Below are positions 44,089-57,529 of a stretch of 64,000 nt of DNA, in pieces. The notes under the pieces are model-generated. The model worked only from the letters and a program-made list of their open reading frames with translations. It was not told the DNA's origin and did not search any database. Origin of the DNA: the human T2T-CHM13v2.0 reference genome, Homo sapiens; NCBI RefSeq assembly GCF_009914755.1, contig NC_060926.1; one strand, 5' to 3'. A program made the position numbers and the translations under genes. How positions within the stretch are numbered: position 1 is the first letter of the stretch; each line of letters opens with the position of its first letter.

Positions 44089-44458
<370 letters not shown>

Positions 44459-44879
44459 ATCTCTTTTTTATTGAAAGCTTCAGTTGACTGCATTGTTCTA
44501 TAGTGACTATTCACTTCCAGAATTGGGGAGACAATGACATACACACTCACAAAGATGCATAATGAGTACAAGATTTATTTGATACAAGAACAAATCCAGA
44601 TTTCTGCTTAGAATAAACCTTTTGCCAATAGGTGTGTGCATAAGTAAATACAAAGAGTAAGAGAAAGCACATATGTGTGCAATTATTCCTGTTTCATAGT
44701 TGACTGTTCAAAGTGTTTCAATATAAGATGCTATAGACTGCAGATTTTTTATTGTCCATTATGCAAAGTCACTGGATGGTTTAAAATAAATATATGCAAT
44801 GATCGGATAATTATTATAAATAATTATTTCCCTTTTAAATAGAGAAACAAACTGATGCATTAGAAATATTTTGGTCCTG

Positions 44880-45200
44880 GGCTGGGGGTAGTAGCTCACA
44901 CCTGTAATTTCAGCACTTTGGGAGGCTGAAGCAGAAGGATTTCTTGAGGCCAGGAATTCCAGACCTGCCTGGTCAACATAGTGAGACCCTGTCTATGCAA
45001 AAAAAAAAAAAAAAAAAAAAAAGGTTAAAATTAGCTGGGTGTGGTGGCATGCACTTGTGGTCCCAACTACTTGGGAGGCTGAGCCAAGAGAATTGCTTGA
45101 GCCCAGGAGTTTAAGGATGCAATAAGCTATGATTGCACCACTGCACACCAGCCTGGTCAACATAGCAAGAACCTACTTCTGAAAAAAGAAAAGGAAGAAA
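44880..45200 (+). mobile_element. AluJ with expanded middle A-run
   Basis: GGATTTCTTGAGGCCAGG, AACATAGTGAGACCC, GAGCCCAGGAGTT, GCTATGAT; ~24-nt A linker. Confidence 0.93.
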
Positions 45201-45621
45201 GAAAGATTTTGGCCATAATAATTGCCAATTAAATATCCATACCAACGATAATCATTCCGTTATAGACTACAACCCCTCTGAGGGTAATGAGCATTTCTTT
45301 TGCAGGCAATATTCTTGATGAGGGGCACGGGAAACAAACATACATGCAAGCTGATGTGGCCCATCACTCTCTTGCCATTTTGGGCTTCGGAAAGAGGGAG
45401 AAGGTGATCAATATTTACCAAGGGCAACACCATTTTCCTGATCCCTGTGATACAAAAAGTTAGTCATGGTTCAGGTCACTAAGGGGTGGGAGGCAGTTGG
45501 AAAATGAAAGAAATTGGGCATAAAAAGGAGCCTTGCCTAATTGTAATGAAATAAATTAACTGTTTTGCCTATCTTTTCTATTAAAGAAAATAACAAAAGT
45601 AAGAATTAGTAAGTAAATTAG

Positions 45622-46053
45622 TATATTAGTCAGAGGACTCCAGAGAAACACAACCAACAGGGTAGACAGGTAGGTAGGTAGATAGATAAGTGTGTGGTGG
45701 GGGCATATATTTTAAAGAACTGGCTAACAATTGTGGGGGCTGGCAGGTACACAATCTGCAGGGCAGGCTGGTGGGCTGGAGACCTAAAGAAGCCTTGCAG
45801 TTCAAGTCCAAAGGCTGTTCACTGGTAGAATTTTTTTCTTGCTCAAAGAGTTCAGTGTTTCTCTACAAAGGCCTTCAACTGATTGGATGAGGCTCACCCA
45901 CATTATGGAGGGTCATATGCTTTACTTAAAGTCTACTGGTTTAAATGTTAATCTCACCTTAAAAAATCTTCACAGAAACATCTAGAATAATGTTTGACTA
46001 AATATTTAAGTACCGTAACATAACCAAGTTGACACATACAGTTAACTATAACA
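45622..46053 (-). mobile_element. MLT2 (HERV-L) solo LTR
   Basis: ATTAGTCAGAGGACTCCAGAGAAAC...CTTCAACTGATTGGATGAGGCTCACCCACATTATGGAGGG...CAAGTTGACACATA; TSD ATTAG/ATCAG. Confidence 0.9.
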
Positions 46054-46460
46054 ATCAGTTTGCATTTTTTTATGCCACAAACCACCAAAAAATATAGTGG
46101 CTAAAAACAGAAGAACACGCAGACACTTGGGGCTGGGCTCAGGCAGGGCAGTTTTTCTCATCTTGGCTAAGCTCATGATGCTTCTGCAGGCAGGTGCCAG
46201 GTTGGTTGAGCACTGGCTGATCAAGGATGGCTGTAGAAGGAGTTCATTCCCTCTGTTCCATGTAGTCTCCCATTATCCAGCATATTAGCTTATACTTGGT
46301 CATGCAGCAGGTAGATGGAGTTCTGAGAGCTGGAGAGCAGAAGTACACAGGGCACTCAGGTCCTGGCTTGGAAGTGGCTCTGCATCACGGACGATAGGAC
46401 AGTGCAAGTGATGAGGCCAACTGTGATTCCAGGGTAGAGAAATAGACTCTAACTCTTGAT
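46054..46460 (-). mobile_element. MLT1H-type LTR
   Basis: ACAAACCACC..TAGTGGCT, GGGCTGGGCTCAG, GGCTGATCAAGGATGG, GATTCCAGGGTAGAGAAATAGACTCTAACTCTTGAT. Confidence 0.8.
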
Positions 46461-46796
46461 CAAAAATATTTAAAATAGAAGAGAATTAAGAAAAAGGACA
46501 TGGAAAGGCAGAAAAGAGGCTCTGGGAAAGTTTGTGACTTGAAAAAAAAAACAGGTTTCAAACAGCGAAAAAATTTAGAGAAATTCTCTCCTTTATGAGT
46601 CATCATATGAACCATTAGATGTGTTTGGGGTGCTTGGATTAGCCAATCCCATATTGCCCATATTGCTGGTACTCTAAAATTAAATAGGTAGAAAGGAAGA
46701 AAAAAGAAATGAAGGAAACAAAAAGAACAAGCCAAAGTGATACGTTTAGTCAAAATAATTTCAAGAAATGTTTAATTAAATCTGAAACACAGATTC

Positions 46797-47135
46797 TAAT
46801 ATGGTTTGGGTGTCTCGCCACCCAAATCTCATATTGAATTGTAGTTCCTATAATCCTCACCTCTTGTGAGAGGACCCGGTGGGAGGTAATTGAATCATGA
46901 GGGCGGTTACCCCCATGCTGTTCTTGTGACAGTGGATGGTTTTGTAAGAGGCTTTTCTCCCTTTGCTCAGCACATCGCTCTCCTGCCGCCCTGTAAAGAG
47001 GTGCCTTTGCCATGATTGTAAGTTTCCTGAACCATGCGGAACTGTGAGTCAATTAAAGTCAATTAATCTCTTTTCTTTATAAATTACCCAGTCTTGGGTA
47101 TGTGTTTATGAGCAACGTGAGAATGGACTAATACA
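46797..47135 (+). mobile_element. THE1D-like solo LTR
   Basis: ATATGGTTTGG...CCCAAATCTCATATTGAATTGTAGTTCC...GATTGTAAGTTTCCTGA...GGACTAATACA. Confidence 0.9.
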
Positions 47136-47384
47136 GACACATCATTTTTTAACTGTAAAAAATCTAAGAAGTTTACCTTGTACGGAAATGATCACAAAAG
47201 GCAATTTCTCTCCTGCATGCCTTTTCAAAGGGCAAAATGATCTTTGCACATGGCTGTCTCAGTCTTTAATTCTAAGTAAATATTTATCCAGAGTTTAGGT
47301 ACAAAAAAGAACCCCTTACTTGGCAGTTGATTTTATGAGGTCTCTCCTTCCACTCACCCCACTCCTTAAATGTAGGTCTGCTCT

Positions 47385-47769
47385 TCATGTGGTTTGGCTC
47401 TGTTTCTCCACCCAAATCTCATGTTAAATTGTAAGACCCAACGTTGGGGGAGGGATCGGGTGGGAGGTGATTGGATCATGGGGGCAGACATTCCCGTTGC
47501 TGTTCTTGCGATAGTGAGTCAGTTCTCACGAGATCTGGTTGTTTAAAAGGGTGTAGCACTTCCCCCTTCACTATCTCTTCCTCCCGCTCCTGCCATGTAA
47601 GACATGCCGGCTTCCCTTTTGCCTTCCACCATGATTGTAAGTTTCCTGAGGCCTCCCAAGCCATGTTTCCTGTACAGCCTGAGGAACTGAGAGTCAATTA
47701 AACTTCTTTTCTTTATAGATTACCCAGTCTCAGCTAGTTCTTTAAGGAGTGTGAGAATGGACTAATATA
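47385..47769 (+). mobile_element. MSTA solo LTR
   Basis: AGATCTGGTTGTTTAAAAG.GTGTAGCAC, TTCCTGTACAGCCTG; perfect TSD GCTCT (47380-47384 / 47770-47774). Confidence 0.92.
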
Positions 47770-48009
47770 GCTCTCTTCTTATATTTGATAACAGAAAAGC
47801 TGAGAGAAATAAGCATACAAATGCTGAAGAATAAAATGCTTTGTGAGAGGACATGAAGAGGTAGTAGTCAATTTGGAATGTCCCAAGGGGATCACTAACT
47901 CATTGACTCACTCTGGAATTTCGAAACAACTTCCAAGCCTTTCTGTGGAAAGAAATGCTGGAAGCAGAGCATTTAAGGGCTTAGGAGTCATGCTGTGAGA
48001 TCTGGCACC

Positions 48010-48555
48010 CCAATCACACGCCGTTCTCAGAGCAGCTTGGGGAGGCAATGGTTAAAGATTTTAGTGAGGCAAGCCCTGGCAGGGCTGCAATCCTGCCATG
48101 ATGTAGTCTCATTGCATAGAAGTTGGTTGGTTCACAGCAAAGCATCCCAATATGAGGCCACCTAAAAGGCCAATCCATCACCTCCAGCTGGTGTGTGCTG
48201 AGCAGGAAAGGTGGGGGGCAGGAGGAATTCCATCAGCTTCCGCACTTTGTGCTCCGCACAGCTTATATCACTCTCCAGGCTGAATTTATGACCTTTCTGT
48301 CGGCTGCTTCTTTAATGCATAAGGCTAAATATCAGGGGCATGATTCAGACACTCAAGCACTCGAATGCCTACTACTACTAGGACCACGCAGGGGTGCGCT
48401 GACAGTCAGCATGGGATATTATAATTTACAGTCTAGCGTTCCGGGTGTCAGGTCCTCACTGAGCTGCTGGCATGCTTCATGCCATCTTTCCCTCTTATAT
48501 TATATATAAAAAAGAGAGGTGCAATGTGTCAGATCCCAAGAGAAGCATGGTATGA
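48010..48555 (+). promoter_or_regulatory. Candidate Pol II promoter (CpG-retaining block, CCAAT boxes, TATA, Inr)
   Basis: About 10 CpGs in 48010-48445, CCAAT at ~48010 and ~48170, TATATATAAA 48501-48510, TCAGATC (YYANWYY) with A at 48531. Motif evidence only. Confidence 0.3.
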
Positions 48556-49449
48556 GATGAGCAGTACTTTTTAATTTATTATTTTTTTAATTCGTGACTT
48601 TTCTTTTTCATTTTTATGGGAATTGTTTTGTGAATCAAATATGAATCTATTACATAAGGGAACTGTTGCAAATTTTTTCAGGACCTTCATGTAATCAGGA
48701 ATATTAAAGGGTTTACTATTAATAAGACGTAAAACCTAAAATTCTCCAGACTTTGCAGTCTTTAGGAAAGTAGTATGTGTCTAAAAGTATAAACGCACAT
48801 CTCAGTAACCCCTGCTCCTCCCTGCAGGTAGAAAGGATATTCAAGACCATATTACACTTAAGATTTGAAGCGTGGCAGGGTTAATGTCCCAATTGTCCGT
48901 CTGGACTTTCTTTCCTGCTTTTAGATCCAGCCCCCTTGCAGACACCTGCTGCCAGGAGGTCTTTGCAGAAGGTGCTTCCCACTGTCACAGCCAACAGCAC
49001 TCCCTGGGTGCCCATTCAAGGCTTTTGCACCTACTCTGCAGTTGCAAGAGCCCTGTTGGTTCCTGTCTCCTTCACTGTGCTGAAACCAGGCTGCTGTCTG
49101 AGCAGCAAGGAAAGAGCATCTTCTCCCCCAACTTGCCTTACTTTCTTCCTGGACATGGAAGCAGAGATGTTGCTATATTCATACTTATTGAGGTCCCTTG
49201 TGAAATGATTTATTCAAGTTCCGACTTTGCCTCCACTCTGAGGACTCACACTCAAGTCCATGGAAATGGTCATCAGACCACTATCTTATACAGATGTTGG
49301 GCCATTTTTGTTGTCCTCCCAACCTCTTCCTCTAAACATGCTTTCAAAACCCGGCCTTAATTCTCTTTCAACAGAAAAAAAATGCTAAACCAAGTAAAGC
49401 AATGTAAAGTCAGAGAATCCTGAAGTGTGAATCTTATACACACTCAATG

Positions 49450-49980
49450 GTCAGTTAAAGTTCAAGTTAAGACTACAGCTGCACCTATATTCTTTTACAA
49501 ATGACACCACATTTCTGCCAGGTACCATATTTCAAAATATATGACTCATTAAAAGAAATATTCCATGATCAAATAAATTTGGAATATCCTGCTTTGTAAA
49601 TGTCCTCTTGGATATTTGTAGTACAAGACATACCTGGGGCACAGAACTGCTACATAAAATAATTTATTTGACATTGCTTAAACTTATTTGACAATAGGGC
49701 TAGGCATGGTGGCTCATGCCTGTAATCCCAGCTCTCTTTAGGAGGCTGAGGCAGGAGGATCCCTGGAGCCCAGGAATTCAGGAGTTCAAGACTGCAGTGA
49801 GCTATGATTGTCACTGCACTCCAGCTTGGGTAACAGAGTGAGACTTTGTCTCTTAAAATTGTTTTTTCTTTTTTAAATTAAAAACTTATTTGACAACAGG
49901 AATCTTTTCTATTTTTTTCTTAATAGTCTAGTTTCTGAGGAACCAGTGTTGCACAGAACAGAATTTGGCAAATAGTACTT
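49450..49980. mobile_element. hAT-Charlie-type MITE (MER112/113-like), split by an Alu monomer
   Basis: TTCCATGATCAAATAAATTTGG and its inverse AAACTTATTTGAC; terminal GGAACCAGTGTTGCACAGAACAGAATTTGGCAAA. Confidence 0.45.
49698..49881 (+). mobile_element. Free Alu monomer (FRAM-like) with 18-bp TSD
   Basis: Single arm; TSD AAACTTATTTGACAATAG (49680-49697) / AAACTTATTTGACAACAG (49882-49899). Confidence 0.9.
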
Positions 49981-52900
49981 CAAAAAATCCTAGGCCAATA
50001 TTGTCAACAAAAACTTCTGTCCATTACTTACTGAGATAAAGTGAGGAAAGTCTAGTGAAACCTCTGAAGTAATCCACTCTCTTTCTGAATTAATATCAGC
50101 CCAGTTTCCCAGTGGGAAGCAGTGAGGGAGGGGGTGCAGCAGCAGACGGGTGTTCCAATGGAGCCTTCCAGCAGGTGCAGCACAAGCTTGAGACCAGGCC
50201 TCCCACAGAGGGTGCCCCTGCCACGATTGCAGTGTGCGGAGGAAAGTCTAATGTTGCAAGATCCTGCTGCTTTCAAGGGAAACAGATAGACCAGTTTTTG
50301 GTGAACTCTCATAATTTCTACATGTTGGCAATTATATTTAATTTCTTAAACAGAGAAAGGAAGACATCTTACATGCAGACACCCTCCTCCCCTCATCAGA
50401 AAATAAACTGAACAAAGACATTTTTAAAAACACAGGCACACTTTTGGATTGAGTCTAACCCATGGCTTACCAGGTTGCATTCTCCTATCTGGTTCACAGT
50501 TGGAAATCCAGAGGGGTAAGTAGAGAAAAAGAAAAAATTAAAGCTGTGTTCTTAAATTCTGCCTGCTTTTAACCACTGGATGCAGCCTGCTTATTGAAAT
50601 AAACAACATAGTCCTTGTCATTATTTTATTACATCCTTGAATTCATAATTTATCTCCAGTGAAAGGGGGGATTATGTGGTAGGTGTTCACAGGCACTTTG
50701 ATTCTCATGTGAAATGTTTTTATGCTGCTAACATCAAATAATCAATGTTGTAGGCCTTGCTCGCCCTGGGAATGTTGAAGATTAATTTTGGGGGGACTAC
50801 AGCTAAAAAACAGAATTTAGTGATGAACTTGGCAATCATGTTATTATTTTAAATGGCTGAATTCCAATACATTATTGTCAAGAATAAAAAGGGTTTTATT
50901 TTAGAAAACTTTACAATTCAAGGGAACTCTCAATATTGGTTTGAGTCACCTGGGAATTTTGTAAAGCCCTGGCAGAAAATGTACATCAAAGGCAATTACC
51001 TCTCAGTGGTCCATACGGGGCCATCTTTGACAATATTTTCACCATGAATTGCTTGTTTCCACTTTGCCATTCAGCTTTGTACTCTGCCCCCAGGGAGCCC
51101 AATTAATACCCACACAGTCACACACACACACACACAAACACACATAATACATATACACATATGTATGAGTATCAATGTATTATATATTATACATATATTC
51201 CATAAAATAATTTTATTTGATATTGACAAGGGTTATATATTAATCATAGGACCCATTTTAATTTCAACATGAGAACCTGAATTATTTGTCACTCTTTATT
51301 AGCATATTTTACAATAGACTCTGACTCCCTGTGGAATGTATTTATCTTTTACCTTTGTTTCTTCCAGAGAACCTCAATAAAGACGATATCCTTTAAAAAG
51401 TATATTTTATTAATATAGCTTGGTTTAGGTTATAGACAGATTTTGCTACGTTTTCTTTGTGATCTCATTTTGGAAAGATTTATACCTGACAAGTTAACTA
51501 TAATTTTATTTTTTATAAATTGCATTATTTTTGACATTCTAGTAGTTAATTTTAAAGAAATGCTTTCCTTTTAACAAGGATGAATCCATTCTGAATATAT
51601 CTGTACTAAGAGTCTGGATTTCATAAAATGAATTTATTGAGGTGGGACACAAATATATTTGATAAATACTTGAACTGTATTGTGGTAATATTTGCCCTTG
51701 ATTTAATGATTCTTCAATTCATTCTCTGTTTTCTCTGCAATTTAAGAAAAAGAGATTTTTGAAAGAGCAGAAATTATCAGCATCCCCTATCTACTTTTCA
51801 GGGGAATAAAGAGTTTTGTTTTGTTTTTGTTTTTGTTTTTTTCAATCTAGAAGACATCAAAGAAGCAGTCAGGCAAGGGGAAGAGAGTGGCTGGCACAGT
51901 TAAGAAAGGATGGGAAGAGGCAGATTTTTGGCAGAACTGAATGTGTTAATCTGCAGTGAAATTAGCGATTTAAAAAAGTATTTCTCAGCTGCACATCTGA
52001 AAAAAAAATTTATGGGTCTAATTTTCCTTTGGAAATTTAAAATCTTACAAACTCGTAAGATATAATTATCCAAGTTTTTCCACCCCACACTCACCATGCC
52101 CACAGAAAAGAGTGGGAATTATGTATGGATGTAAATGGGATGACTACTGCAAAGAATTTAGAAACATTTCAATAAACATACTTGCAAATATTTTCGGTAT
52201 TTTAAAAAAGTAGGACACATATGTTAAACTCAAGGGAAGAGGGCCTAAAAGGGAATCTCCAAGTGCACAGTTTGCTTCTATATTTGTGTGAACCATTTGG
52301 TTAAGTATTTTACAAAATATCTACACTTTATTTTCCAGTCCTTCTGGAATTTTCAAAATACTGTATATCCTACAATAGACTTTTCAACATATGTGTAAGC
52401 TGTAGTGTGAAAATAATTGTGGAAATAATTCTAGATCTATATAATTCCACAACCTACTTGCCTTGAATTGGCTGCATGTGTTTTTCATGTAAGTATGCAT
52501 AGAAAATGTTGAAGTGTTTCACACAAAACTCGTTTAGATCTAAAAGCATCTCTGTGATTGGTGAGGCTTTGCCAACCCTAAGGAAATTAGCAAAGATAAC
52601 ATTTAATAACATCAACCAAGAGAGCTCTTCCTTCATCAGATTTCTTTAAAATGTTTAAAAGTTTGGGTGAAATATAGAGATGTTTAGATCAAACACTCAT
52701 ACCTTAAGATATTTGATTGTAGAGAATGCTCTGCACACTTAGGTTTTCAAAAAAATTATTATTTAATGACATTTCTAGAAAAATAGAAATATTGCTAGGA
52801 AATGGTACTTTCTATTCCATCCCGCATTAGGAAAAATCTTTCTCCATTTCTGGGGTCCACCTATACTTCTGTTCTCAAAAGTTACTGAGAGTAGTTTTAA

Positions 52901-55900
52901 AATAGCCAAGGCTCTTTTTTTAACCTTCTTTTCCCTAAATCTCCTCCTCCTCCAGCTTTTCTTTTCCCATTTAAGATGTTATAAAAATTATCAAAGAAAA
53001 AACTAGCACTCAGCAGAACTATACACATGTGGGTGCTAAATAAATACTTTTGATGATGATGAATGTTGGCAATTCTCCATGGAAGAAAGACCTTACACAA
53101 AAGATGTTATAATTATAATGTTTAAATGATTATGCTATAATTATTATGTTAAAAATCTCCCATGCTCTCCGAACTGCTCGGTGGTGGCAGGGCTGTGACA
53201 TTCCCATTCAACCTCATCTTATTGCTAAGGCACTTGCCACCTTTGCATGCCATGAAAAAACAGTGGCTTGGCCAAGTCAGGGCAGACCTGGGCAATGGAG
53301 GGAGCTCCTGGAGGGCCCTGCTCTCTCCCTTCCTCTTCCCACACTCTGCAAGTCTCCTGGCCACCAAAGGATCCCATTTTCCTAATTCTGCTCCAGGGTT
53401 TTATCTTTATTCTAACCACCCGCATTAAAAGATCTCATCAAGTTCCTTCATATCAAGTTTAAATGAGACTCCAAATATTACCTATCTCTCCTGGGTTAGG
53501 TAACTTTGCACAGAAAACAAAAAGAATAGAAGTTAAATAAATGAATATCTAATGATGGGACTTTTACCATTAGATGAGGTTCCCTGGAAGAAACCCTTGG
53601 AATTCTTTATCAGTTACCTAGGAATTTCCTGAGATTCAGAGATGCTAACATCTACACATTAGCATCATGATTTTAGAGGTATTCTTTTTTTATTTTGCTT
53701 TCTTAGGCCCCTACACTGTTTCCTAGATTGAGAATGACAGGCAGACTGGATGACTTTCATACACTCTTGAATGCACATTGATAACCTTTTACCATCCTCA
53801 GAGCCTTCTTCAAAATTCTAGCAAAGTCTGAGCTCAGCCAAGTTTTCAGTTTTAACTGAGTCAGCAAATATGAGTGAATTATCCTCTTTCTGTAGATATA
53901 TGGTACAATTTACAAGGTGTGTCCGAATGAAAATGCTTTGAGGTTCTCTAGGATACATCAAAATGTCATTTATTCCTTAGAATTAAAAATCACTGAAAAT
54001 AACCTTAGATTTTATTGATGTTGATAACATTTTGAAGAGTAGACAAGAAGAGCTTCAGAATGACACATGTCCACTGCCTGTATTTCTGACTTTAACCAGG
54101 ATAACACAGAGGTGGGCAGATAGACCCTGATTCACACATAACTCAGACCTCCCCTCATAGCCTGCAAAGAATCCATCACACATCCTGGCACATGGCTGGG
54201 GCCTACCTAATGACAAATGCTATTACCAATGATCTCTTTTAATAGTCACAATCAAATTTATGAAATTGTTTCTTGAAGATAGGAGAGAAGTAGGATCAGG
54301 GAGGAGGGTGGCACAACAATACCTGTTGAGAGGACTTTGAGTGAGTGTGTTCCAACAGAAGGGAATGGCACAAGAGCAAAAAGACAAGTTCACAAACCAA
54401 AGTTGGAGGATTTGGGATTAATTGAAATCCTCAAGTGGTGCCTGGTAAGTGACTGCCTATTTAGAGCCAACAGATAGGTTTCCGTGAGGTTAAGGAAGCG
54501 AAAAATCCCATACGAAGCTAGTGAGATGTTAAATTCTAATTAGAAGTGTTAATTAAAAAAAAAATTCCAATTTCATCAGTGACAGTGCTTTTGTTGTTCC
54601 AATTCTCTTTGCTACAGTGAATCCTAAGTATCCTGACTCACTTTGTTCCAATATTATTTACCACTTCTGTAAGGGAGAGAGAAGTTGAGTCTGCGCACAG
54701 GAGCCTAGAGCCTCAGTTGCCTTCCCAGAGCCGCCATGATAAGAGACCTATCGGCGTTTCCATGGAAAATGCCTATTTTCAGGGCCTTATACTCAAGCAT
54801 CAGAATTCACTGTGGCTCAAAGTTTAGCAAAATGAGTGTGGGACTCTCAGGAAGAAAAAGGATTTATGTAATTCTTCTTCAGAGCATCTCTTCGCCACTC
54901 TTTTCTACTTTTGATACCTTCAAAAAATAGCCAGTGAATTTCCATGACTTAGATGAGGTTATTTTGTGCTGTGTATGAAGTTAAATATGAAGTGATAATA
55001 TCATTTAACTGACATTTTGCAGACCATTAATCCAAAAGGAGGATTAAACCCTTTGAATGAGCAAGCAAATATTAGCTGCCTGAAATTATATTTAAAATTA
55101 AACATGAAATTAAATCTAATATTTAACAGATTTCAAAAGAATATGTATATGTACATTAATATTTTTATTTCAGTAATAGTAATCAACGTGCTCCAAATTA
55201 TTTAATGTAATATTAAATGTTTTCTGTTATGCTTTCCACTGATGCTTGGATAGTTCCAAATTTTACAATAAACATTATGAAAAATTGTTATCTATAGTAT
55301 TTAAAAGGTGTCTTAAATACAAACCTTGAGCACAAGAGGGCCTATTTAATAAAATGTACAATATCATTTTATTTCAAATACTTATTTAAGCCACAATAGT
55401 TATTTAAAACCATCGTAGTTAATATAACATATTTTCAGAAAATATATTAATATGTATACCTGTATTTAACCACGATTTTGCCAGAACACATGATGTCATC
55501 TCATAGATTTTTAGAGTGTCTTCTTTGATGCTAATATAAAAAATAGAGGATGTAGTTAAAGAAAGTCAAAGTATGTTAAAATCCCTAAAAGCCACCATTT
55601 CTAAGGTTAGACTCTTTTAAATCATTTTGCTATTACTGTACAATTTGTTTAAAAATTGATGAAATTGTATTTGTAAATTATTGTGGAAAACATATGAAAT
55701 AGTCCAAGGAAAAATAAAAACTAGGTACCATTTGTTTTAGCTCTTCAGTCTATCCTAAAAGCATGCTCCACTTTTTGCAGGATTCTTGGTGGAATATAAG
55801 TCCCTCTCGCTCTTCTCTGCTGTCTCTTGGCCACTCAGAGCCTCCAGTTACACCAACTCCCAACACCACCTGCCCCGCCCCAACCTAGGGACAAGGGTAG

Positions 55901-56030
55901 GCACTTCCATTTCAAGATTCTACGTCAAAATAAAACTGCCCTAGATTCCATTTTTTCTGGGTTCTTTTTTCTGTAGCAGAGAGAAAAAGTCCTAATTTAG
56001 GTTCTTTTTGATTTGAAGTAGAATTTTCAG

Positions 56031-56046
56031 GGGTCAGGATAGGTCA
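56031..56046 (+). promoter_or_regulatory. DR4 nuclear-receptor element
   Basis: GGGTCA-GGAT-AGGTCA: two perfect RGGTCA half sites spaced by 4 nt; function unproven. Confidence 0.4.
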
Positions 56047-56874
56047 GTGAGTCCCTAGACATATATGGTTTCAGAACATCTCAACCTCCATCATACTTGG
56101 TAGATACCATATGATAGAGGATAAGACAAATCAGTCATCAGTTTATACTTAACGTTTCTTCCTCATTAGTCATTACTTTAAAAATACATCGTAGAAACCT
56201 AAAGGCCTTACAATTGTTAATATGCCCCTTTATTCAGGGTTAAAAGCATTAACATTTTAATGGCTGAAGCCAGAATGCCTGTGGGGGCAGAGGGAACTCC
56301 TTCTTTCAATAAGAATCCATGGGTGCAGTAGGCTCTCTCCCAGTATGGGTGTTGGCAGGTGCTGGGCAGGAGGGGAAAGGGATAGCCTGGTGTACATGCT
56401 ATAGAAAGATACATTTGTTGGTTTTGTTCTCAAAAGGGAAAAGGAAAGAAAAATCAAGAGGACAGAGAAAAAAGCCAGGAAGAATAAATGGCAAGAGGCT
56501 AGAATTTATTGTAGGAACAGTGAAACCTCCCTAGGGAGAAGTAATAAAAATTATAATGATGGTGCTAATTGTGTCATTCAAAATTACCTGTACACCTGGA
56601 TGTCACTCTTTCCCATGCAGGACCAATAGAGCCTACTAGACTCCTGGAATTTTTATCTGCATGAAGATACAGTAGTACTTAAAAGGGCTAGATTCTGCGT
56701 TTAAACGGGAATAAGACACCAGGGAAGAAGGAATCAAATACTCAGGAAATAAGGAAAGCTATGTTGATGCAAGCTTCTTATACATTTGCAGAAATCTAGA
56801 AGATTTCTGCACAGACCGTGGTGTTGGAAAGTAGAATTGAAGCCAATGTTACTTTACTCTTAATAAAAAAATGT

Positions 56875-57193
56875 GGCTGGGTGTGGTGGCTGATGCCTGT
56901 AATCCCAGCATTTTGGAAGGCCAAGGCGGGCAGATCACCTGAGGTCAAGTGCTTGAGACCACCATGGTCAACATGATGAAAACCTGGCTGTACAAAAAAA
57001 AAAAAAAAGAAAGAAAAAAAAATTAGCCAGACACGGTGGTGCACACCTGTAATACCAGCTAGCTACTCGGGAGGCTGAGGCAAGAGAATTGCTTGAACTC
57101 AGGCAGCGGAGGTTGCAGTGAGTTGAGATCATGCCACTGCACTCCAGGCTGGGCGACAGAGCGAGAATCTGTCTCAAAATAAATGAATAAATA
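56875..57193 (+). mobile_element. AluSx-like
   Basis: GATCACCTGAGGTCA, expanded middle A-run, (TAAA)-like tail. Confidence 0.94.
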
Positions 57194-57309
57194 TTTTTAA
57201 ATTTCAGGTTATGTTTCTTATTGGACAAAATGATCATCATATATAAATTTGGTGAAGACAGTTTTACAAATATTACATATTGATTTTATATCACATATAT
57301 GATATTTTA

Positions 57310-57393
57310 CACACACACACATACACCCCCCCCACACACACACATATGTAGAGAGAGGAAAAAAAGGGAGAGAGAGAGAGAGAGAGAGAGAGA
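57310..57393. repeat. Compound (CA)n / (GA)n microsatellite
   Basis: CA runs at 57310-57344 and a GA run at ~57368-57393. Confidence 0.9.
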
Positions 57394-57529
57394 GGAAGAA
57401 GGGACAGTAAAATACCTAAGGTTGGTACCCCAGGCTAGATTTGAATTTGGCAGACTTAATGTTGTAAACGTTGGCTTATGAATTGATATCCTCTTAGAAG
57501 GATTTCCCATCATATACATTGGTCAACTC

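Noticed and set aside
48872-49360. 162-aa plus-strand ORF
   Set aside because: GTG start, no recognisable domain, overlapping ORF in another frame; not called as a CDS.
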